IMG/VR virus record: IMGVR_UViG_3300027769_000026
Location: 1 to 64,000 of that record
Source: a virus
Lineage: Duplodnaviria > Caudoviricetes
Direction: 5' to 3' (one strand)
Length of the DNA stretch: 64,000 nucleotides
The notes under the pieces were generated by a model. It did no database searches and had not been told where the DNA came from. It saw only the letters and a list, made by a program, of their open reading frames with translations. The position numbers were made by a program, and so were the translations under genes. Numbering within the stretch: the first letter of the stretch is position 1; each line of letters starts with the position of its first letter. Shown in pieces: positions 1-9,020 of this stretch.

Positions 1-1
1 C

Positions 2-289
2 CGTGCGGCTCCAGGCAGCGGATTGCCTGTGGCGGCTGTGGGACAACGATACATAGTTGTGTCATCTCCTGCTGAAATACCTGCATGGGGCGGACTTGTT
101 GCCAATCCCGAAGACATCATTGAATATAATGGCAGCGCCTGGGTAGTGAGTTTTGATGCGGCTGCTTCTACCGCAGTTGAATATGTATTAAATATTGCAA
201 GCAATCAGCAATTAGCTTTCATGGACGGACAATGGATACTGAGTTACGAGGGAATATTTCAACCGGGATACTGGCGCCTGCTGGTGTAA
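2..289 (+). CDS. 3' end of a gene starting before the window; probable tail completion/terminator-type virion protein (gp15-like position)
   Basis: The frame of ORF 23..289 is open back to position 2 (RAAPGSGLPVAAVGQRYI...). The C-terminus IIEYNGSAWVVSFDA...YEGIFQPGYWRLLV resembles C-termini I recall from tail-completion proteins of large freshwater myoviruses; the product call is from memory. Confidence 0.45.
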   Translation, partial: RAAPGSGLPVAAVGQRYIVVSSPAEIPAWGGLVANPEDIIEYNGSAWVVSFDAAASTAVEYVLNIASNQQLAFMDGQWILSYEGIFQPGYWRLLV

Positions 290-720
290 CCCGAGCTGCC
301 GGCGGTTTAATCTACGCATTAGACACGCACAGATATTGCTGGCAGTTGCGTAGTACAGAAGAAAAGTGGAGTGGCACTTGGGGATTGTGGGGTGGCCGTA
401 GTAATCCCAAAGAAAGTCCTCGGGACACACTGTTGAGAGAGTGCCAAGAAGAAACCGGAATAACCGAATGGAAGAAGATCGTACCGTTGCATAGATACGT
501 TAGCAAAGACAAGAAATTCATCTACGACACATTTTGCTTGGTGGTAGAAAAAGAATTCCTTCCTGTGCTGGATCATGAAAGCGATGGCTACTGCTGGTTA
601 CCGCTTGGTATACAACCAAAACCACTGCATCACAAAAGCAAACAGCTGGTGCAGAATAGCAGTTTCATGAGCAAGTTGGTCAACATGGAGAAATGGCTAG
701 ATCAACATGTCAACGAATGA
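232..720 (+). CDS. Nudix hydrolase
   Basis: Nudix box GGRSNPKESPRDTLLRECQEETGI (GX5EX7REUXEEXGU). The true start is uncertain because the ORF overlaps the upstream gene by 58 nt. Confidence 0.9.
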   Translation: MDTELRGNISTGILAPAGVTRAAGGLIYALDTHRYCWQLRSTEEKWSGTWGLWGGRSNPKESPRDTLLRECQEETGITEWKKIVPLHRYVSKDKKFIYDTFCLVVEKEFLPVLDHESDGYCWLPLGIQPKPLHHKSKQLVQNSSFMSKLVNMEKWLDQHVNE

Positions 721-1114
721 AGCTGAAATAATTGTTTTTCCCAAAACACCCAAGGTACCTGTAATCAGACGCGGTGTAGATTTGTATCACTGCTGGGATA
801 AAAGACTGATCAATCCCATGTTGAAAAAAACATACAAGGACAATATCAGTTGGATAGAGCGTTGGTATTTGGAATCTAGACATCTTGCCAACAAGGATCA
901 ATGGGATCATCCTATCATCAAGGCAGTAAGAGAAGATCGAGAATTTAATCGGCTGTTACGGTGGTGTTGCCTAGAGGATATCAAACTATTGCAGACGTTA
1001 GCTGAAGATCCTGTATATAGAGAAAGCAGTGCTAGTCAGCGACGCAGGCTTATCATATGGCACAACAAGTTTGCCGCGCTTATACTAAATCAGGAAACAG
1101 ACAATCGTTTATGA
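707..1114 (+). CDS. hypothetical protein (135 aa)
   Basis: Overlaps the Nudix stop and has normal protein composition; no motif recognised. Confidence 0.65.
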   Translation: MSTNEAEIIVFPKTPKVPVIRRGVDLYHCWDKRLINPMLKKTYKDNISWIERWYLESRHLANKDQWDHPIIKAVREDREFNRLLRWCCLEDIKLLQTLAEDPVYRESSASQRRRLIIWHNKFAALILNQETDNRL

Positions 1115-1751
1115 ATCGATAAACAGTGTTCTCGTCAAAACCTAGACTTTGCATCACACGAGGAGTGTGTGGATTCTGTCGTTGATTGTTGCAGTAATAA
1201 TTTTGTGCTTCTAGTATTTCTCGTGGATCACCTTGGCCGCGTGTTTTTCCAACATTATCCAGATACCACGGCAGAGTAGTAGATACAATCTGTAATATCT
1301 GATCTATTTCTAATTCATCGCTGACATTGCCTGCCGCAATCATACCAGGACTGAATATGCGTTTGGCCCACTCTGGTAACTCACGTTCCTTGCGCCACGC
1401 AAACTGTTTGGCATAATCTTGAAACCAATGCATCATTGCGTGTTCTTTGTCTGCACTGGCACTGAAATCATGAAAGCATCCAGTTATTTTACGTTCGCCA
1501 CAGATAATGTCAAATCCAAATATAGGACTAGGATCAATGACGTGCGGGAATACAGTGACGTGTAACATGTAGAGTCCCTTAGTGTCACGTGCATCAACTG
1601 CGTCAAGGTGTGCTCTTCTAAACACAGGCGAATTCCATACATGATTTGGCCAATCAAACGTGTGGCCTTCATCTACAGGATTTCCAATTTTGTTCAATTG
1701 CTGTTCTATGTTTGCTTGCAACTCAAGCATGGTGTCCCATACTTTACTCAT
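1080..1751 (-). CDS. pcyX: ferredoxin-dependent bilin reductase, PcyX-type (PcyA family)
   Basis: FRRAHLD...LHVTVFP...IFGFDII aligns with PcyA FRKMHLE...LHCVMFP...LFGCDIV. D50/H64/D81 are spaced 14 and 17 residues apart, with Asp at the PcyA Glu76 position, as I recall for phage PcyX. The C-terminal YCNNQRQNPHTPRVMQSLG motif is present, and the gene is coupled to heme oxygenase. Confidence 0.85.
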   Translation of the reverse strand: MSKVWDTMLELQANIEQQLNKIGNPVDEGHTFDWPNHVWNSPVFRRAHLDAVDARDTKGLYMLHVTVFPHVIDPSPIFGFDIICGERKITGCFHDFSASADKEHAMMHWFQDYAKQFAWRKERELPEWAKRIFSPGMIAAGNVSDELEIDQILQIVSTTLPWYLDNVGKTRGQGDPREILEAQNYYCNNQRQNPHTPRVMQSLGFDENTVYRFINDCLFPDLV

Positions 1752-2253
1752 GAGTCATTATCTCTTCCATGGCCTGCATGGTCAATTCAAAACCTTTATT
1801 AGCTTCATCAACTAAGTCATCGGTTAGATGCGATCTGATAATTGCTTCAAGTCCTTCTGCATCGGTATACTCAACATGACTCATTGGCAGTTTGACAATT
1901 TTCTTCAGCATTTGTCCTCCGCGAAGATCCCCAAGGTAATGCACATACACATGAGCCCAGGCGTCTTTAAGATTGCCGTTGATGTGCTCAATATAGTCGT
2001 GCGTTGCATCTAATTCCGAATCGCCACCATTGGTATCTACTATGTCTTTTTCAAATTGTTGAGTACGATCAAATTCTGGATGTTTGCTGTTTAGGTTTAA
2101 TTTGGCATCAAGAAAAAGTAGTATATCTCGTTTCCAGGCCAAATAACGTGTCCATTGATTTGGAGTAAGCTGATTTTTCATCATGGCACCAACAAAGGCA
2201 GAACGCTCTGCCTTGCGATGATTTTCTTGTGTGAGTTCTTTAAGTGTAGACAT
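1744..2253 (-). CDS. hemO: heme oxygenase (HemO/Ho1-like)
   Basis: Proximal His in LKELTQENHRKAE; distal helix AHVYVHYLGDLRGGQML matches the HO-1 YLGDLSGGQ motif. Confidence 0.92.
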   Translation of the reverse strand: MSTLKELTQENHRKAERSAFVGAMMKNQLTPNQWTRYLAWKRDILLFLDAKLNLNSKHPEFDRTQQFEKDIVDTNGGDSELDATHDYIEHINGNLKDAWAHVYVHYLGDLRGGQMLKKIVKLPMSHVEYTDAEGLEAIIRSHLTDDLVDEANKGFELTMQAMEEIMTHE

Positions 2254-2274
2254 AATAGTAATTATGCCTACACT
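2243..2274 (-). promoter_or_regulatory. 14-bp hairpin burying the hemO AUG, with a late-promoter-like TAATTA in its 5' arm and loop
   Basis: mRNA-sense AGUGUAGGCAUAAU-UACU-AUUAUGUCUACACU gives 13 Watson-Crick pairs plus one G-U; the AUG (2253-2251) lies in the 3' arm. Confidence 0.7.
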
Positions 2275-2276
2275 GA

Positions 2277-5150
2277 TTAGGCCTGTGTTTCAGCCCAACG
2301 TAGTACAATTTGCGCAGTAGCACTACCACTCACAGTACGAACGTTGATTGCTAGTACGTCCGGACCATTTGGAAATGCGCCACGTCCTCCAATTGTAGTT
2401 GCTGTGAGTTCTTTTAGTTTACCCAGATCCAACACCTTGGTATCCGAACCTGCCGATACAAACGAGAATACCTGTTCTCCTGGCAGTGCAAACGTGCCTG
2501 TTGGCCAAGTAACTGCGGTTGAAACTTGTGCTAGACTTGGCTGTCCACCTTGACTCAATGGAGTAAGTGCAGTCCAGGTTACGTTGGCTGGTAGTATGGG
2601 ATAATTCTGCGGATTCAACACAGCTTCTACCACAATGGGCGTTGCTGATGCTGTGGTAATTTCAATCTGTTCCAACAACAGCTGAGATCGATTCAGCAGA
2701 TCTCTTGCACCAAGATCACCCACAATCGCATTGGACACACTAGGCGCCAAACGAATCATAAAGGCAGTTTGGTTAGTTGCTGTGGCGGCAATGTTCAGTC
2801 TCTGATAGTTAAACAAATATCCGCGGTCGGTATCAAACTTACCGTCCATAATCACTGCACTACCCCAGTGGCTGAGTGTTGGACTACATGTAACACTTAC
2901 TAAAAGTACGCCAGCATTTGTTGCATGGGTACTAGCCACATCTGCTGTAAAGTTACGCTGAGACCCACCTGAAAATTGAGACAGTGTGGCTGCTCTTGTT
3001 AGCCCAGTCAATGTGTTACCTGTGCGACCCGAGAAAGAAATCAACTCGTTGTCTACATAGATCATACCGCTTGTAGGATATCGAGATGCATCTACCAAAG
3101 TCAATGAAGTATCACTGGCAGAAATTGCGCTGGTCAAACGTGTAACAAATCCTTCGTTAATAACAGTGTAACGTGCTGGCAAATTTCCTGAACGCATGTA
3201 TGCTTCATTGTTCACGTTGTTGTTTTTGATTCTGTGTGCTATAACAAAATTGCCGTCTACTCCACGAGCCATGAAATCAATAAAACCAGCTCCGTACCAG
3301 GTATATTGAATACCCATCATCTGCATTTTGTTGAGATCTAGATTGAATCCAGTTGGTCCATTGCCATCTAGCGTGTCTCTGTTGAACTGAGTACGCGGTA
3401 TTCTTATGTCTCGAACTGCGCACATACGTACACCAGATACGTTGGTGGCACCTCTGAAATCTGGCGCTACAGTGAGCGAAGTTTGGCTGGCAATTGATGT
3501 CACCGTATGTGTCATTCCTCGAATCACAATGTCATCGCCCACCTTGAGCTGGTCCTGGAATCGAGTACTAGTACCAGTCAGTGTATTTGAATCTGCATTG
3601 ATTGCGCCAAGACCGGCAATCTGTGTTGTTGAATTTCTTACTACTGCATACAGTTCTTGTCCATCGTGTTCCCAGAAAATTCCGTTTTGTTCATCAAATA
3701 TACCCAGTCGTACTACTGATCCGTGCCAGCCTGTGACATAGACTTTAGGATCAACTGATAATGATGCTGTTGCATTACCCAATGTTTGTGTTGCCAATAC
3801 AACAAATGCTGTATCTGATACAATGGACGATACCGTATAAGTTCCATTGTAGCCCGACGTTGTTATGCCTTCTAATCTTACCTGTGCTCCACTTTGTAGA
3901 CCGTGGTCAACACCGTCGGTGGTCACTGTGATTGGAGAACCAATTGTGGTTGCTGATGCTGTAACACTTTGTATATCATAGTTTGGACGAAACAGTGTAC
4001 CAGTTGTAAACAACAGACCTTTACCAGACTGATAACGAAAATACTTCTTAGAGCTACGCACTGCCTGCATGCCGTATGCCGGTCCGCCTGATGAAATCAG
4101 CACGCCGCCGTCATACGGTCTATGAATAAAGAAAGCATCAGATCGTATGTAGACGTTTCCTGTTAGCGTAGTAGCAGTGGAAACAATTGCCGCTGGTCTT
4201 GCAGTGTATGAAAAGCTGGTTGGACTGATCACACGCTCAACGTAGAATGGTCCTTCGGCTTGTTCGTGTCCTGTTCCTACTGATGTAATATCCACCACAA
4301 TTGGCATGCCCGGGGTTAGTCCATGATTGCTGGTTGTGGTAACTGTGATAATTGACGGAGTTAGCCCGTCTGATGTCAACGAAAGTGTTGCAATGGTTGA
4401 ACCAGTATAGAATCCACCTTTACGTAGCTGTATGGTATCGGTTAATAGGACGCTGGTTCCTGTTCCTACTTGACCTTTGGCATAGTAAGAGAATGTGTTT
4501 GATGTTGGAACCGGAGTGGCTGCTACCAGGAACGAGCCTTCAGCACGACTGTAGCCAGTGACAGTTCTACTCAGACCCTGCATGGTTATAGGTGTACCTG
4601 CGGTAAAGGTGTGTGCATCCACAGTGGTCACCGAAATAAGGCTGTTTACGCCGCCATCGCTTGTGATAGATGATACGATTAGATCTGTTCCTGGAATTTC
4701 ATAGATGCCCGGATAGTTACGTACCAGGCCTAGGTTTTGCCACTTAGTGGGCTGTAGTCCATATTCAAAGTCAGCGTCAATCAGCGACTGTGGATCTGCT
4801 GTGCGCATACGCTCAATTGCATCTGTACCAAAGTCATACGGGCGAACAGCAAGCTCTTTGCCGTCCACAATGATCTGAAGTTTGTCAGCGGACAGCATGG
4901 CGTTGGTATCAGCAGCCAGTGTCAGTGTTGTTACGCCGTCAATTGAATTAACAAATGTTGAAGTGTCTGATCCATTGTAAGATGCTACACCGCCCAGCAG
5001 TGGGTCAAATGCATTGTATATAACTTGATTCCTGGTGGTGTTGGTTATCAGCACCACCTGTTCCAGTGGAACTTTTGAAGTAAATTTCACCGTGCCTGAT
5101 CCTGCTGATCCAGGTGTGAATAGATATTTTGTTATGAGTTTTTTTGACAT
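2277..5150 (-). CDS. large Thr/Gly/Ser-rich virion structural or fibre protein (957 aa)
   Basis: Beta-rich composition with repeated ITVTT..HGL..G..V modules; lies in the late structural cluster. Confidence 0.7.
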   Translation of the reverse strand: MSKKLITKYLFTPGSAGSGTVKFTSKVPLEQVVLITNTTRNQVIYNAFDPLLGGVASYNGSDTSTFVNSIDGVTTLTLAADTNAMLSADKLQIIVDGKELAVRPYDFGTDAIERMRTADPQSLIDADFEYGLQPTKWQNLGLVRNYPGIYEIPGTDLIVSSITSDGGVNSLISVTTVDAHTFTAGTPITMQGLSRTVTGYSRAEGSFLVAATPVPTSNTFSYYAKGQVGTGTSVLLTDTIQLRKGGFYTGSTIATLSLTSDGLTPSIITVTTTSNHGLTPGMPIVVDITSVGTGHEQAEGPFYVERVISPTSFSYTARPAAIVSTATTLTGNVYIRSDAFFIHRPYDGGVLISSGGPAYGMQAVRSSKKYFRYQSGKGLLFTTGTLFRPNYDIQSVTASATTIGSPITVTTDGVDHGLQSGAQVRLEGITTSGYNGTYTVSSIVSDTAFVVLATQTLGNATASLSVDPKVYVTGWHGSVVRLGIFDEQNGIFWEHDGQELYAVVRNSTTQIAGLGAINADSNTLTGTSTRFQDQLKVGDDIVIRGMTHTVTSIASQTSLTVAPDFRGATNVSGVRMCAVRDIRIPRTQFNRDTLDGNGPTGFNLDLNKMQMMGIQYTWYGAGFIDFMARGVDGNFVIAHRIKNNNVNNEAYMRSGNLPARYTVINEGFVTRLTSAISASDTSLTLVDASRYPTSGMIYVDNELISFSGRTGNTLTGLTRAATLSQFSGGSQRNFTADVASTHATNAGVLLVSVTCSPTLSHWGSAVIMDGKFDTDRGYLFNYQRLNIAATATNQTAFMIRLAPSVSNAIVGDLGARDLLNRSQLLLEQIEITTASATPIVVEAVLNPQNYPILPANVTWTALTPLSQGGQPSLAQVSTAVTWPTGTFALPGEQVFSFVSAGSDTKVLDLGKLKELTATTIGGRGAFPNGPDVLAINVRTVSGSATAQIVLRWAETQA

Positions 5151-5153
5151 TTT

Positions 5154-5993
5154 TTATCCTGACAGCGCAATCGCTAGGTAAAGCTGTTGATCCACGTATC
5201 TCTTATTAGTTAGCTGATTTGCTAATGTTGGCACAGCAGATACGCTGGCAGAAGTAAACGTAGCGGCAGCAGGCGTTGATGCACCAATTGGAGTACCATT
5301 TATTGATCCGCCAGTTATGGCCACATTGCTAAAGCTGGATGAATCTGTTGTGTTGATACCAGATTCTGGTCTAGCAAGTTCTTGCCAAGCAGTGCCTTTG
5401 GCGTAATATATTTTTGATGTGTCGTTGGCATAGGCCATACTGCCTTCCCATACTGCGGCATCTGGAAAGCTAGCAACATTATCAAAATAAAAACGTATCT
5501 TGTTTGACGTACCTGTTGCTTCAACTAATGGTGATGACACTTTTCCTGTTGTAACTGTAAAATTGGGTGCTGTTACTGTGCCTGTTGCTGTCACAGCAGA
5601 ATTTACTGTGACCACTGTAGGACTGTTTAATACCAGTTCATTAAGAGGATCAGTACTGGAAACACTGCGAGTGTTTATGTTAGTGGCTGAAAGTGTTGTG
5701 CCGTTCCAAGTTAGGTTGGCACTGCCTTCTACAGCGCCGTTGTTTGAATATGCAACACGATCGTCTGCTAATCCAGTAATGGTTAACTTTGGAGTTGATA
5801 CTGTGCCGGTACCTGTTGGAGAGAGTGTGATTGTTTTGTTGGCACCTTGTGCGGCAATGGCAGTTCCACTGACCAGCAGATCACCACCGCGCAAGCTGAC
5901 TGCTGTTAGTGATCCGTCGTCATTGAGTTCGATCCCTGGTACATTGAAACCATAGTCTGATTCAAATTTGACCTGTTGTGCATTAACCGCCAT
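5154..5993 (-). CDS. fibre-like virion protein (279 aa) ending in ...YLAIALSG
   Basis: T/G/S/A-rich; has a LTNKRYVD coiled motif and a hydrophobic AIALxG terminus shared with other genes in the cluster. Confidence 0.65.
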   Translation of the reverse strand: MAVNAQQVKFESDYGFNVPGIELNDDGSLTAVSLRGGDLLVSGTAIAAQGANKTITLSPTGTGTVSTPKLTITGLADDRVAYSNNGAVEGSANLTWNGTTLSATNINTRSVSSTDPLNELVLNSPTVVTVNSAVTATGTVTAPNFTVTTGKVSSPLVEATGTSNKIRFYFDNVASFPDAAVWEGSMAYANDTSKIYYAKGTAWQELARPESGINTTDSSSFSNVAITGGSINGTPIGASTPAAATFTSASVSAVPTLANQLTNKRYVDQQLYLAIALSG

Positions 5994-6393
5994 AGATAGT
6001 CTCCATGTATACCGGAAATATCTTTACCAGTACATCTTCGCCAACACTGGGTGTGGCCTGCACAGAACATTTGGATGAGTCTACCACACAGTTGATGTCC
6101 AATAGCTGTGTGCCAAAGTTTACTCGGCCATACACTGCCACCCGACCTTGATAGGAAAGACGATCTTCTGATATGCCGGCAATCACATTCACTTGCAGTG
6201 TTTCTTTGAGGCCGCTGGCTGTTTCTGCCAGTACAACATAGTTGGCTGAAGAAACATCTGAATGAAAAAAGAGATCTAGTTCTACAGGAACTGTGTCTAG
6301 CAAACGCACAGCTACTGATTGACTGCGAATCCCTACGCCTTTGAAGCGTAGGGTTTTTGGTGTGCGTTCTAGTAGAGAGTCGATCCAACTCAT
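5983..6393 (-). CDS. small beta-rich virion protein (136 aa)
   Basis: Tightly packed in the operon with overlapping start and stop codons; no function recognised. Confidence 0.6.
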   Translation of the reverse strand: MSWIDSLLERTPKTLRFKGVGIRSQSVAVRLLDTVPVELDLFFHSDVSSANYVVLAETASGLKETLQVNVIAGISEDRLSYQGRVAVYGRVNFGTQLLDINCVVDSSKCSVQATPSVGEDVLVKIFPVYMETIYGG

Positions 6394-6405
6394 GGGGTCG
6401 ACTCC

Positions 6406-8571
6406 TTATCCGCCGTGATAGCCGTGTATGTGATATCTGTGATAGGCGCCTGGATTGGAAATAGCACTTTGGTAATATCGTAAGGTCCAGAACTGTCCTT
6501 GCCAGTTTTCATGGCCGGCGCTGGTACCGTCACAGCCAGAAATCATCAACTGACCATTCTGTGTGATCCACATGCCGGCGTCATATTGGCCTTGACCCCA
6601 GCCAAAGCCGCCAATATACTTGCCTGAATCGCCGCCTGGAGTGGGCATTCTGTTCATGCGGTGCGGACCACTATACTGATCTTGATATTCTATACCGGGG
6701 TCAGATTGGCCGCTATAACCCATGCCTAGGCTTCCATATGCGTTTTGTCCTTGGCCCCATGCACTGCCATCTTCACATATTAGAACTGAAGTCACATACA
6801 TTTGACTGGTATCTGTCTGGGCCGCGTTGCCCTGGGTGTTCCACGAGTCAACTACATCGCGCGGACCTTCCATTCTACCTGGCTCTGGAATCCAACCCGA
6901 GCTGTTCCACCAGTATGAGTTGTTGCCCATTCGTCCTAGTGTACCATACTGGTTGTGTCCACAACTATAGGTAATACCGGTTCCTTTTTCTCTCAGGTAC
7001 ATGCTCCAACCTCGGGCATCTCCGTTGATCCAGAAATTCTCAATGTCATGGTCTCTCCACCAGCCCTTGTTGAGTCTGATAAAGTGACCTGAACTCAAGT
7101 TGCCGGTGCCTGTGGCATTGCTCCAAAAGTTCATGGTGTTGGAGTTGTTTTGCTGAAAACCGCCAATCCACATCTTGCCTTCGCCGTCTAAAATAGCCGT
7201 CCATCTGTTGGTGGCGCTGCCCCACCAGTTCATTATGATCTTTCTAATTCCGCCATACTGATTGAAATCCACCGGAACTCGTCTAGGAGTTGTGTAATAG
7301 CTGTAAGCTGTGGTAGGCGAACCAGTGCGCTGACCCAGGCCCATTTCGCCCCAGCCTTCACAGCCCCAAGCCCACAAGTTGCCGTCTTCGTCAATGGCAA
7401 AAGTACCAGCGGCGCTGGTGCCCATGCTCATGATATCCACGATCTTGCGACCGTTGAAATAACTGCGTGGCAAACAACGAGGTCTACTTTGGTTGGTTCT
7501 TGCATTGCCAACTGAGCCCGAAGTGGTATTGTCTGAACCCAAGCCTAACTGGCCATATGCGTTGTATCCCCAGGCCCATACTTGACCAATGTCATCTAGT
7601 GCAAATATGCTCGGTGCACTGCTTCCTCCGATAGAGCTTACAGATATTTTTATAATCTTGGTGTTGGCAAATGTGTAAGGGATCGTGTTGCCTAACCAAT
7701 CTGTTGTGTCTGTTGCATAGGCACGAACTGCACGATTGGAGGTAGCAGACGTTGTGCTATTGCCCAACTGACCTTGAGAATTAAATCCTGAACCGTATAC
7801 TTCGCCGTTGTTGAAAAGCCAGTGACTCATTGAGTCTGCTGTGGTCAACCACTGTATACATTTGGGTGCTTCGCCGTCCGGTGTGGTCAAACGACCTGAG
7901 CCAAAATTTTGTGTTGAATCTTGCCAGCCTGTGAACAAGAATGCAGATTGATACCAACCATAAGCAGTGTAACCTGAACTGGCATCACCGGTTCCGTGCC
8001 CTTGATTTTTACCTGCTCCTACGTTGCAATTGCCTTCAACATCAATCATGCCAAAGGCACCATAGTAACCTGCTTCACCCACATGATAACGTCCGCCAAG
8101 ATTGCGTGTCCAGCCCAGTGGCTGTTGATTCCAGGTTTGTACCGCGTACAAACGCTGATCCCTGTCGGCTGTTTCAAATACCTTGGTCCAATATGTAGTG
8201 TCTGTTGGGTAGGTATTGTACACATGAGATTGACCTGTGTAGACATAGATGTCGCCTGCTAGGTCAACAATGTCGCCGCGCTGATATGTTACAAAAGGTC
8301 TCCAGCCGTCTTTGAAATTTGTGCCCGGAGCAAACAACAACCAATACAGTGTGTCTCTTGGGTCTTTGGTCTTGATATACACGCCTGGTGCATAAGCAAA
8401 GTAATTGTTAGTGGTAACCATGTTATCAACCGAGCTAATGTATTCCAGCGGAATATCTCGCAGACACACATAGGTCGAGCCTTTCCATTGTATCACATCG
8501 TTTTTGACGTAACGATACTGAGGATCCCATTCCCCTACCCAACGATTTTTTAGCTTGGTGATGTCAATCAT
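6406..8571 (-). CDS. RCC1-repeat beta-propeller protein 3, putative receptor-binding protein
   Basis: Repeats GEVYGSGFNSQGQLG, GQVWAWGYNAYGQLGLG, GNLWAWGCEGWGEMGLG, GSAWGQGQNAYGSLGMG; two N-terminal WxGxW..Y..D.V repeats. Confidence 0.85.
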   Translation of the reverse strand: MIDITKLKNRWVGEWDPQYRYVKNDVIQWKGSTYVCLRDIPLEYISSVDNMVTTNNYFAYAPGVYIKTKDPRDTLYWLLFAPGTNFKDGWRPFVTYQRGDIVDLAGDIYVYTGQSHVYNTYPTDTTYWTKVFETADRDQRLYAVQTWNQQPLGWTRNLGGRYHVGEAGYYGAFGMIDVEGNCNVGAGKNQGHGTGDASSGYTAYGWYQSAFLFTGWQDSTQNFGSGRLTTPDGEAPKCIQWLTTADSMSHWLFNNGEVYGSGFNSQGQLGNSTTSATSNRAVRAYATDTTDWLGNTIPYTFANTKIIKISVSSIGGSSAPSIFALDDIGQVWAWGYNAYGQLGLGSDNTTSGSVGNARTNQSRPRCLPRSYFNGRKIVDIMSMGTSAAGTFAIDEDGNLWAWGCEGWGEMGLGQRTGSPTTAYSYYTTPRRVPVDFNQYGGIRKIIMNWWGSATNRWTAILDGEGKMWIGGFQQNNSNTMNFWSNATGTGNLSSGHFIRLNKGWWRDHDIENFWINGDARGWSMYLREKGTGITYSCGHNQYGTLGRMGNNSYWWNSSGWIPEPGRMEGPRDVVDSWNTQGNAAQTDTSQMYVTSVLICEDGSAWGQGQNAYGSLGMGYSGQSDPGIEYQDQYSGPHRMNRMPTPGGDSGKYIGGFGWGQGQYDAGMWITQNGQLMISGCDGTSAGHENWQGQFWTLRYYQSAISNPGAYHRYHIHGYHGG

Positions 8572-8583
8572 TTGTTTTCCTCA

Positions 8584-9015
8584 TTAGCTGATTATGCTGT
8601 TGCCAACCAAACCAACACTGGCCAGCCATTCTCCACGTGCGTCATCAATTTCATTGATCATTGCAATGACTTCTGCGTCGTTGTCAATGATGCCTTTGAA
8701 CAGTTTGAAAGTGTTGATACGGTTAATAGTACCTTCAATCTCTGCAATCTTGCGTGCGATTTCCGGCACTGACTTTACAAATTCTTTCATTTCTGCCAAT
8801 TCAATCGGATCATCAAGATTCCACACACGCTGTTCATTGATTTCAGCATTTTCTTGTGGCGTAACAGTGTCTGCATCAAAATGATACATCACTGTGTTGG
8901 TATCCAGTTGTCGACCAATGTATTCAATTGCATCCGCAACTGTGGGATCGCTGATTGTTGGTTGAACAAACTCAGCCATTCCTATTTCTTTGTATGTTAA
9001 AATTTTTCTTGCCAT
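8584..9015 (-). CDS. acidic helical hypothetical protein between RCC1 genes (possible assembly chaperone)
   Basis: 143-aa ORF packed in the operon with an upstream GGAAG; the chaperone role is inference. Confidence 0.6.
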   Translation of the reverse strand: MARKILTYKEIGMAEFVQPTISDPTVADAIEYIGRQLDTNTVMYHFDADTVTPQENAEINEQRVWNLDDPIELAEMKEFVKSVPEIARKIAEIEGTINRINTFKLFKGIIDNDAEVIAMINEIDDARGEWLASVGLVGNSIIS

Positions 9016-9020
9016 GATGA

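Noticed and set aside
232-289. 58-nt overlap of the Nudix ORF with the upstream gene as a possible recoding site
   Set aside because: No slippery heptamer or stimulatory stem; an upstream ATG or a non-canonical start near 280 explains it more simply.
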